Of a DNA stretch of 53,793 nucleotides, positions 9,998-17,513 are shown in pieces. Under the pieces are notes generated by a model, which was given only the letters and a program-made list of their open reading frames with translations, did not search any database and had not been told where the DNA came from. Made by a program: the position numbers and the translations under genes. Every line of letters begins with the position of its first letter. Position 1 is the stretch's first letter. This DNA is from Deltaproteobacteria bacterium (lineage in GTDB: Bacteria; Myxococcota_A; Polyangia; Polyangiales; Houyiibacteriaceae), in assembly GCA_034670305.1 (NCBI GenBank), contig JAXMNT010000051.1, positions 1-53,793 on the forward strand, read 5' to 3'.

Positions 9998-11431
9998 ATG
10001 CGAACCGCATCCCTCGTCCTCCTTCTCTCGCTTGTCGCGTGCGCAACCCCCCAGGAGAAAGCGCAAGAGCGCATCGACCAGGCGCTCGCGATCGAAGGCG
10101 CACCATCCGAAGCGATCGCACTCCTGAACGAAGCGCTCGCGCTGGACCCGACGCGAACCGATGCGCTGCCGAAGCTCGCCGCACTCCAGTTCGACGTGGG
10201 CGCATACGAGGCCGCTCGGACGCATGCCCAAGCAGCACTGGAGGCGGGCGAAGCCCCGGCGCTCGACCTGATGCTGCTCGACGGTCGGGCGAGCGCAGCG
10301 CTCGGCGATCACACCCGCGCCGCCGCACAGCTTCAGGCCGCCGCCACACTGGACCCGGACCAGCCCGAGCTGTGGCTCGAGGTCGCGGCCGCCCATGAGG
10401 CGGGCGGCGACACCGACGACGCGATCGAAGCGTACGAACAAGTCTCGACCCAGGATACGACTTCGGAGCGGGCCCACCGCGCGCTCCTCACGCTTCGGCT
10501 GCCCGTGTTCGAAGCCAAGGTCGCGGCGGCGCTCGAGATCCCAGAGGCGGTGCCGGAGGGCGACGCCACAGGTGACGCGGCAGACGACCCGGAGCTGCCC
10601 GAAGTCCCGGCCGATCTCTTGCTGGAACTCGCACGGGATCGCGGCGCGGTGAACCTGAGCCTCGTGGTGCTCGAGGCGTCGGAGGCGTCGTCTGTTGCGG
10701 CCGAGCGCGAACGCTTCGACGCCGCCACCACCCGGCTCGACGAACGCGTGCGTCTGGTGATGCGACGGCGGATGGAGCTGGCAGGGGTCGAACGAAACTC
10801 GTTGATGATGCAGATGCTGGTGGGAGGCGGCAGTCTCCAGGACTTGCTCGGCGACCTGGGCAGCGCCGCCTCGGACGTCGAGCTGAGCCAAGCGCTGGGT
10901 GGAAACGCCCTCAACGCCCCATCCGGACTGCTTGGTGGCGGCGGGACGGCGGACGGACTCGGTGGACTCGTCGCGGCAAGGGGTGGCTCGATCCGAACTC
11001 CGGGCGTGGGTGCACTCGGCGTTCGGGAAGCACTTGGGAACGGCGGGTATGGCGGCATGGGCCTCGATCCGATGGGGCGGGGCGGCCCAGGCAGCGCGCC
11101 GCGCATGAGGCTGAGTCCGCCGGTGGTGACCGGTGCGCTCGTCGAAGCGGCCGTCCGCCGCGTGGTCCGGCGGTTGTCGCCGCGGCTCCGGCTCTGTTAC
11201 GAGCGGCTCCTGAACCGGGACCCCTCGTTGGAGGGAGATGTGAGTGTGGTGATTCGGATCGATGGGACCGGACACGTCACGGGCGCCACCGGCCGCGCGT
11301 CTGCGAGCAGCTTGAGCGAAGCGGCCACCTGCGCGGCCGCCGCGACCCGCACCTTGCGGTTCCCTGCGCCAAGCGATGGGGCAAGCGCGACGGTGATCCA
11401 GTCGATCGCGTACGCCCCGCCCGCCGGCTGA
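9998..11431 (+). CDS. TPR lipoprotein with a Gly-rich linker and a C-terminal AgmX/PglI (TonB-C-like) domain
   Basis: Lipobox LVAC, TPR-like helices, and C-terminal RLCYERLLNRDPSLEGDVSVVIRIDGTGHV...C...RFPAP. Confidence 0.8.
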   Translation: MRTASLVLLLSLVACATPQEKAQERIDQALAIEGAPSEAIALLNEALALDPTRTDALPKLAALQFDVGAYEAARTHAQAALEAGEAPALDLMLLDGRASAALGDHTRAAAQLQAAATLDPDQPELWLEVAAAHEAGGDTDDAIEAYEQVSTQDTTSERAHRALLTLRLPVFEAKVAAALEIPEAVPEGDATGDAADDPELPEVPADLLLELARDRGAVNLSLVVLEASEASSVAAERERFDAATTRLDERVRLVMRRRMELAGVERNSLMMQMLVGGGSLQDLLGDLGSAASDVELSQALGGNALNAPSGLLGGGGTADGLGGLVAARGGSIRTPGVGALGVREALGNGGYGGMGLDPMGRGGPGSAPRMRLSPPVVTGALVEAAVRRVVRRLSPRLRLCYERLLNRDPSLEGDVSVVIRIDGTGHVTGATGRASASSLSEAATCAAAATRTLRFPAPSDGASATVIQSIAYAPPAG

Positions 11432-11472
11432 GCCCAGTGCCCGTGGCCGACGTGCGGAGCCGTGTCCGGCGA

Positions 11473-11597
11473 GCCGAAGCCGGTCCCGAAGCCGATCCCG
11501 AAGCCGATCCCGAAGCCGAGGCCGATCCCGAAGCCGATCCCGAAGCCGACGCCGACGCCGAAGCCGAACCCGACGCGGAAGCCGACGCCGATCTCGA
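11473..11597. repeat. Hexamer-period array (GCCGAA/GCCGAT/CCCGAA)n
   Basis: Visible tandem units between convergent TPR genes; reverse complement of the TCGGC family. Confidence 0.92.
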
Positions 11598-11602
11598 AAG
11601 AA

Positions 11603-12514
11603 CTACTGCGGGTCGGGGGGCGTGGCGGAGCGCTCGACCAGGCCGGACAGGCGCGCGTTGCGTTCCGCGTCGTTCAGTGCGTCGACGTGGAGGCGGGCGT
11701 CCTCGGTCAGGCGTTCGATGCGGCGGAGGTCGTGGGGTTCGAAGGCGATGTAGGTCCAGTCCGCCGGTTCCTCGTCAACGTCGCCCGGCCAGGGCACGAG
11801 GCCGCGTTCGCGGGTCGAGGCATCCAGGCTCTGCTCGAGCCGGTCCAGCATCAAGTCGACGAGCATGGTGCGCGCTTCGGTGTCGTTTGGGCGACGTTCC
11901 ACGGCGACCACGTACGCCTCGATCGCGTCGCTGGTCGAACCGCGTTCCAGGTGCGCTCGGGCCACCTCCGCGATGAGTTCGGTGCGCGAGGGATCGAGTT
12001 CCAGCAAGCGCGAGAGCGTGCTGGCCGCCTCTTCCCAGTCCTCGATCGCGACCGACGCACGCGCCACGATCTCAACGAGCTCGGCGTCCACTTCTTCCGG
12101 GTCGACGTCGACCAGTGCCCGGCGCGCCGCGTGCCTGGCCGGCCGCCACCGCTCCGCGTCGAAGTGAATCCTCGCCAGATGGGCGTAGGCGCCGCGGTGT
12201 TCGGGCACGAGCTCGATCGCGGCTTGGAACTTCGCGGTCGCGGCGTCGACGTCGGTGGCGAGCAGCGCCGCGCCCTCGCGCACGGCCTCGTCCGCGTTCT
12301 GCCGCGGCGTCGTGCACGCCAGCAGTCCGAGCAGGAGCGCGGCGCTCAGACGCTGTCTCTCGCGCGGGAGGATCCGGGCCCGCGCAGGAGCGAAGCGATG
12401 AGGTCCAGAGCCGTTTCCAAGGGTTCGGAAAGCCGAAGGCGTCCGTGCCCGCAGGAACCCCGCGAGAGACCAGCAACACCGCAGCCGAGATCCTCGGACC
12501 GCGGGACGCGTCAC
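11603..12514 (-). CDS. TPR lipoprotein, paralogous to the N-terminal part of 9998-11431
   Basis: The GTG start overlaps the radical SAM stop (GTGA) and has GGAG upstream. Lipobox LLAC. TPR segment LELDPSRTELIAEVARAHLERGSTSDAIEAY. Confidence 0.7.
   Translation of the reverse strand: MTRPAVRGSRLRCCWSLAGFLRARTPSAFRTLGNGSGPHRFAPARARILPRERQRLSAALLLGLLACTTPRQNADEAVREGAALLATDVDAATAKFQAAIELVPEHRGAYAHLARIHFDAERWRPARHAARRALVDVDPEEVDAELVEIVARASVAIEDWEEAASTLSRLLELDPSRTELIAEVARAHLERGSTSDAIEAYVVAVERRPNDTEARTMLVDLMLDRLEQSLDASTRERGLVPWPGDVDEEPADWTYIAFEPHDLRRIERLTEDARLHVDALNDAERNARLSGLVERSATPPDPQ
12352..12474. repeat. 123-bp palindromic (REP/RPE-like) element inserted in frame in a CDS
   Basis: Terminal inverted repeats GCTGTCTCTCGCGCGGG and CCCGCGAGAGACCAGC; internal GCGAAGC and GCCGAAGGC mini-hairpins. 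Confidence 0.65.
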
Positions 12515-14073
12515 GCGCCACTCCGTGCGTCGCTGGTCGAGCGCGGTCGCAATGCGTCGAGCACCGAGTGCAGTCCGCGTCGAAGCGCCGGCGTCGGCTC
12601 TCCGACCACTTCGTAGCCGCCCGTCGCGCGGCCCGCTTCTTCCCCCAGCCACAGCCGCGCGCAGCCTCCATCTTCACTGCGGAGTGTGCAGATACAGCGC
12701 GCGCCTTCCATCGTGGCCTCGGTCCACTCGAGGGAGACGAACGGTGCCGCCGCGCGAAGCCGCCGCAACCGCGCGCGAATGCTCCGCGCCAGCGTCGGGT
12801 CCGCATCCGGCCCGAGCGGCGCGTGTGCGTGGTGTCCATCCGCCGCCAATGCCGACGCGAGATGAAGCGCGGCCGCGCGGGTCTCTTCGGCGGTGGTCGC
12901 CAACTCGACGTCGAAGTGGCGGTAGCGGGCCACGGGCTCGGCGAGCCGTCCCGCCCGATGCAGCACGAAGGTCGTGGCGTTCGACGCGTCGGCCCGCAGC
13001 TCGATCGAGAGCCGATCCGGCCCAAGCTCCGCGAGTTCGACCGAGAACGGTCCGCCCGACTTTCGAAGCAGCGCGCCGAGCGGCCGCAGGTGTCTCGCCA
13101 AGAGGCGGCGGTCCGGGTCGGCGGCAGCGAGCGCTTCCCGGCCGACCGGGACCAGTTCGTCGGTGCCGTAGAACTGCGCGTAGGTCTCGAAGACGCCACT
13201 GCAGGCATCGTCGAAGAGACAGCTCCGGCAGGACTCCTTCTTGAGCTTGTCGCGGCGCTTGATGAGGTACTTGTTCCACGGCTTCGACAGCTGATCGTCG
13301 CCGTCGATCGCGATGGTGTCCGTCCGCTCACCGTCGTGGTGGATCCACGGTGCCAGATCGGGCGCCACGCAGTACGGCAGGTTGCCGATGTTGACGTCGA
13401 ACCCGGGACGCGCCGCTTCGAACCCCTGGATCATGGTGCGCATCGGCTGGGCAAGATCGGAGAGCTTCGGCAACATCGCCCGCATGTCCGCTTCGGTGCG
13501 TTCGCCGGAATCGAGCGGTCGCATCATGTCGAGGTGCAGCTGGTCCGCGTCGAAGGGCAGCAGGAGCTCGGGGAACGCACCGACGCTCTCGTAGTTCGAC
13601 TGCACCACGCACATGTTCACGGTGATGCGCTCGCCGCGGGCCCGGAGATGTTCGAGGGTTCGGAGGATCCGCACGAACGACCTCGGCCGCTTGGTCGTGC
13701 CTACGTGCGCCTCTTCGGTCGCGCCCTGGATCGAGATCCGCCACGTGAAGTTGCCACCGGTCGCGAGGACCTCGTCGATGACCTCGGCCCGCGCGGTCCG
13801 CACCCCGTTCGTGAAGATCACGATCTCTTCGAAGCCGAGGTCCACACACCGCCGCACGACGTCCATGAAGTGCGGCTGAAGCGTCGGCTCGCCGCCGAGC
13901 AGGGTGATCTTCCGATGACCGGACGCGAACGCGTCTTCGATCGCCCGCAGTGCCGGCGACGCGTCGAGCGGGCCGGCTTCCCCCATCTCGGTCCGCTGGC
14001 CACTGACGCAGAACACGCAGCGGTTGTTGCACATGTGGCCGAGTTGGATCTCGACCTGCCGGGTGGGCTCCAC
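12511..14073 (-). CDS. Radical SAM protein (HxsC-like) with a Cys-rich auxiliary motif and an extra C-terminal domain
   Basis: CNNRCVFC (CxxxCxxC), GGEPT, FTNG, NLPYC and CRSCLFDDACSG. Start moved to GTG 14073. Confidence 0.88.
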   Translation of the reverse strand: MEPTRQVEIQLGHMCNNRCVFCVSGQRTEMGEAGPLDASPALRAIEDAFASGHRKITLLGGEPTLQPHFMDVVRRCVDLGFEEIVIFTNGVRTARAEVIDEVLATGGNFTWRISIQGATEEAHVGTTKRPRSFVRILRTLEHLRARGERITVNMCVVQSNYESVGAFPELLLPFDADQLHLDMMRPLDSGERTEADMRAMLPKLSDLAQPMRTMIQGFEAARPGFDVNIGNLPYCVAPDLAPWIHHDGERTDTIAIDGDDQLSKPWNKYLIKRRDKLKKESCRSCLFDDACSGVFETYAQFYGTDELVPVGREALAAADPDRRLLARHLRPLGALLRKSGGPFSVELAELGPDRLSIELRADASNATTFVLHRAGRLAEPVARYRHFDVELATTAEETRAAALHLASALAADGHHAHAPLGPDADPTLARSIRARLRRLRAAAPFVSLEWTEATMEGARCICTLRSEDGGCARLWLGEEAGRATGGYEVVGEPTPALRRGLHSVLDALRPRSTSDARSGA

Positions 14074-14128
14074 GCGCAGAGCATAGCCCGCCGGGGCGCC
14101 GTGCCCCAGCGCCCTGCCCAGCGAGGTG

Positions 14129-15112
14129 CTACTCGAAGCCCCACCGCCCGACATCCAACAGAATGTCGGTTTCGCAGATCTTCGAGATGCTGCCCTGGCT
14201 GGTCGAGTCCGGGTTGATCTGCACCGAGAAGGTCGTCCCGAGCGGATCGAGACAAGAGGGGTCGTAGGCCCCGTCGAGCCCACCGTGCGGCACGCTCGCC
14301 AGGCTGAGCCAGGCGTCCACGAACCCAAAGTTGTTGCGGCGGAGGTACGTGTGGAACGCCTCGTCGAAGGCGCCGTCCTCGCTCATCCACTCGACCACGA
14401 CCTCGGCGTCGATCGCTGGCTGGGTCGGCATCGGAAGTCGACACACGATGTAGCCCTCGTCGTACACGACGCGAATGCGCAGCCGCGTGTCCGGCCGCGT
14501 CTCCGGGTAGAGGTCGCGTTCGCGTTCGTACGGGAAGTCGGTCGTGAGGTCGGCGATGGGCAGGCCCTGGAGCACCGCGCGTCCGGTGAACTCGGAATCG
14601 TCGCCGCACGGTTCGTCCATGGACTCGAGCAGGATGGCGCCCTCTTCGGGCAGCCCCTCGTCGCGGCGCGTGCACGCGAGGCCACTGGCCGCACAGACAC
14701 ATTCGTTGACCCCGTCGGTGGCCGGGAAGCGCTCGGCGTACGCGTAGTCCGTGCCCGCGTACGTGCAGCCACTGGTGGTCGAGCCGCAACGGCGCGCGGT
14801 GCACTCCGAGGTCCCGTCCGCGAGGCAGTCGCAGAAGTTGCAGTCGTCTCCGAGCGCGTAGCGTTCCCCGGCGGTGTGGCCCGCCTCGATGCAGCTTTCG
14901 CCACTGTCAGGTGCGGCGTCCGCGCCCGCGTCGCTTGCTGCGGCATCGAGCCCCGCGTCGGTCCCTGCATCGGTCTGAGCGTCCACGCCCGCGTCCACAC
15001 TGGGTGCATCCGCAACGAACGCGTCGCGGCCCGCATCCACCATCGCGTCGTCGTCTCCACCACACGCGAGCGTGAGGGCCAACACCACCGACATCAGAAT
15101 TCTCGTCGTCAT
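14129..15112 (-). CDS. Lipoprotein with pacifastin/VWC-like Cys-rich repeats
   Basis: Lipobox LTLAC, Asp/Ala-rich linker, CNFCDCLADGTSECTARRC and VNECVCAASGLACTRR. Start ATG 15112. Confidence 0.75.
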   Translation of the reverse strand: MTTRILMSVVLALTLACGGDDDAMVDAGRDAFVADAPSVDAGVDAQTDAGTDAGLDAAASDAGADAAPDSGESCIEAGHTAGERYALGDDCNFCDCLADGTSECTARRCGSTTSGCTYAGTDYAYAERFPATDGVNECVCAASGLACTRRDEGLPEEGAILLESMDEPCGDDSEFTGRAVLQGLPIADLTTDFPYERERDLYPETRPDTRLRIRVVYDEGYIVCRLPMPTQPAIDAEVVVEWMSEDGAFDEAFHTYLRRNNFGFVDAWLSLASVPHGGLDGAYDPSCLDPLGTTFSVQINPDSTSQGSISKICETDILLDVGRWGFE

Positions 15113-15159
15113 GGCGCCACCATACGATGGCCGGTGAGCGGGCGCCCGCGGACCTTCGA

Positions 15160-15717
15160 TCAACCGGGTCGAGGACCAGACTCGAGGAGTTCCGCCCCCA
15201 AGTTCAGCACCGCCGTCAGTGCTTCCTTGGGGATGCGGTCGTAGTTCCCGGGCAGCAAGAACGAGACGCGGTCCGCGGCGCAGAAGAGTTCGTCCACGAC
15301 CACCCCAGCGGCTTCGATCTGGGCGAGTTGGTCGGCGCACTCCGCCCACGCATCCGCCCGGCCGTACACCACGTAGTTCCCCACCCGCGCCCGGGGACCC
15401 GATGCCTTGACGGTGGCGCGTTCGTCCCACTTCAGGGCGCGGACCACAGTGACAGGTCCATCCGCGTCGTGTTGGACCTCGGGACGCACGAGCTGCACCC
15501 GGGTCCACCACCACTCGGTCTTGTGCATCCGATGGTCGAGGTAGGCGTCGAAACCCTGCCAGGTTCCGCGCGCGGAGAAGGGCTTCGCCGCGTGAACGAC
15601 GAACTCAAGGGCGAGGATCTGGTGGAGCGCGCGCCGCTTCCGACGCAGGTCTCGACGCACGAAGAACGCAGCGACCGCGATCACGCCGCCGAGCGCGATG
15701 TACGCCCAGCCCGGCAC
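15160..15717 (-). CDS. Hypothetical protein with an N-terminal membrane anchor
   Basis: Hydrophobic N-terminus followed by a basic stretch; packs tightly behind the peroxidase gene. Confidence 0.65.
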   Translation of the reverse strand: MPGWAYIALGGVIAVAAFFVRRDLRRKRRALHQILALEFVVHAAKPFSARGTWQGFDAYLDHRMHKTEWWWTRVQLVRPEVQHDADGPVTVVRALKWDERATVKASGPRARVGNYVVYGRADAWAECADQLAQIEAAGVVVDELFCAADRVSFLLPGNYDRIPKEALTAVLNLGAELLESGPRPG

Positions 15718-15724
15718 GCCGCGC

Positions 15725-16213
15725 TCAGCCCTGCAGGAGCGGGACGATGTCTTTGGCGATGGCGGCCGGTTTGGTGGTCGGCGCGTAGCGCTTCACGACG
15801 CGGCCATCGGGACCGACGAGGAACTTCGTGAAGTTCCATTTGATCTTCTCGGACCCGAGCAGACCCGGCGCCGCCTTCTTGAGCTGAACGAAGAGCGGGT
15901 GCGCCTTCGGACCGTTCACGTCGACCTTCTCGTGGATGGGAAACGTGACGCCGTAGTTCTTCTCGCAGAACGCGCCGATCTCTTCCGACGACCCCGGCTC
16001 CTGTTCCCCGAACTGGTTGCAGGGAAAGCCGAGGACCACGAGCCCCTTGGGTCCGAGCTCCGCGTGGAGCTTCTCGAGGCCCTTGTACTGGGGCGTGAAG
16101 CCGCACTGGCTCGCGGTGTTCACAATCAACACCACCTTGCCTTCGAGGTCGCGCAGGTCCTTCTTCTCTCCCTCGAGGGTGGTCACTTCGGTGTCGTAAA
16201 GCGTGTGGGCCAT
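15725..16213 (-). CDS. btuE: Glutathione peroxidase (Cys-type)
   Basis: NTASQCGFTPQY, LGFPCNQFGEQEPG and KWNFTKFLV. Start ATG 16213. Confidence 0.93.
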   Translation of the reverse strand: MAHTLYDTEVTTLEGEKKDLRDLEGKVVLIVNTASQCGFTPQYKGLEKLHAELGPKGLVVLGFPCNQFGEQEPGSSEEIGAFCEKNYGVTFPIHEKVDVNGPKAHPLFVQLKKAAPGLLGSEKIKWNFTKFLVGPDGRVVKRYAPTTKPAAIAKDIVPLLQG

Positions 16214-16414
16214 GGGGATCTCCTGCGCCCGATGTCCAGGTCGCGCAACCGGTCGACGCCGGTGCACACCCGCGAGGACGCGTACGAAGGGTGCCCTCCA
16301 CAGGGTGTCTCCAGGGTGGCGGCCGCCAGCGGCCGCCCGCCAATCCGCCAGCGAAACGGCCCGAATCGGGAGGTGGCTCCGCAAGATCACTCCACAATTT
16401 CCTCCGACCCCACC

Positions 16415-16430
16415 CGGCACGGCCGTTGCG
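16415..16430 (+). promoter_or_regulatory. Putative sigma-54 (-24/-12) promoter of the PP2C gene
   Basis: CGGCAC-GGCCG-TTGCG gives exact GG-N10-GC spacing; GGAGG at 16442 and ATG at 16453. Confidence 0.6.
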
Positions 16431-16452
16431 TTGCTGGGCGCGGAGGTACGAC

Positions 16453-17208
16453 ATGCATGTATGGAGTGGCAGCGCGACCGATGTCGGTCGGCGGCAGAAC
16501 AACGAAGACGCGAGCTTCACCAGCGACAGCCTGGGGCTCTACGCGGTCGCGGACGGACTCGGCGGATACGACGGCGGCGGCCTCGCGAGCCGGCTGGCGG
16601 TCGACGTGTTGCCGGCCGTCGTCCGAGCGCAGAAGCAGGAGTCGATGCCAATCGAAGACCGGCTCGAGGCGGCGTTCGACATCGTGAACGCGAGCATCCA
16701 GCGCCGGCAGCGCGGCCGGTTCTCGAAGATGGGCACCACGCTGGCGGTGTTGGCGACGATGGATGGTGTGCCCGATGCGGTGCGCGTCCACGACCCGCAC
16801 TGGAGCGACGTGAACGGCGTCGGCACCGCGATGGTCGCGCACATCGGAGACAGCCGCGTGTACCGGCTGCGTGGCGGGCAACTCGAGCAACTCACCCGAG
16901 ACCACAGCTACGTCGAACACCTGAAAGCGTCCGGCATGGACGCCCCCGCGCGCTACGCACACATGTTGGTGCGCGCCGTTGGTCGACGCGACGGCGGACG
17001 CCCCGAACTGCGTCCCTGCAGCACCCGGCGCGGCGACGTCTTCTTGCTCTGCACCGACGGGGTCAGCGGCGTACTGCCCGAACCATGGATGCGCAAGATG
17101 TTGCAGCAACCCCGACCCCCGAACGAGATCGCCCAAGCCCTGGTCGACCGAGCCGTGAACGCAGGCGGCGCCGACAACGCCACCGCCGTCGTCGTCCGAA
17201 CGGAGTGA
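16453..17208 (+). CDS. PP2C-family Ser/Thr protein phosphatase
   Basis: NNEDA, VADGLGG, MGTT, HIGDSR, LTRDHS, CTDG and DN motifs. Confidence 0.92.
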   Translation: MHVWSGSATDVGRRQNNEDASFTSDSLGLYAVADGLGGYDGGGLASRLAVDVLPAVVRAQKQESMPIEDRLEAAFDIVNASIQRRQRGRFSKMGTTLAVLATMDGVPDAVRVHDPHWSDVNGVGTAMVAHIGDSRVYRLRGGQLEQLTRDHSYVEHLKASGMDAPARYAHMLVRAVGRRDGGRPELRPCSTRRGDVFLLCTDGVSGVLPEPWMRKMLQQPRPPNEIAQALVDRAVNAGGADNATAVVVRTE

Positions 17209-17462
17209 AGCCAGGCAGCCAGCGAGCGTTGATGTCGCCACGGCGCGTCGAGCGAAGCGAACAGGCCTCGAACAGCGCCGCCGAGTCAGGCATCTCCACC
17301 CGTGCACCTGCGCAGCCCGCAGGGCGAGCAACTGGTGCACTCCCCAAGTGAGTCATAGAGGCGGCAGGAGTGCATCGACCGCGCGCAGCCGCCACGTGCC
17401 CCAGATGCTTCTTCAGTGCGTCAAGCGAACAGGCGGTGAGCACGTCGATGTGCTCTGGACGC

Positions 17463-17506
17463 CGAATTAGGGCCGCCAGTCGAGCGAAGCGAGCCAGGCC
17501 CGTAGC
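17463..17506. repeat. 44-bp dispersed repeat, copy 2
   Basis: 43/44 identical to 6461-6504; partial copies at 17247-17267 and, inverted, at 35594-35607. Confidence 0.9.
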
Positions 17507-17513
17507 GCAGTAA

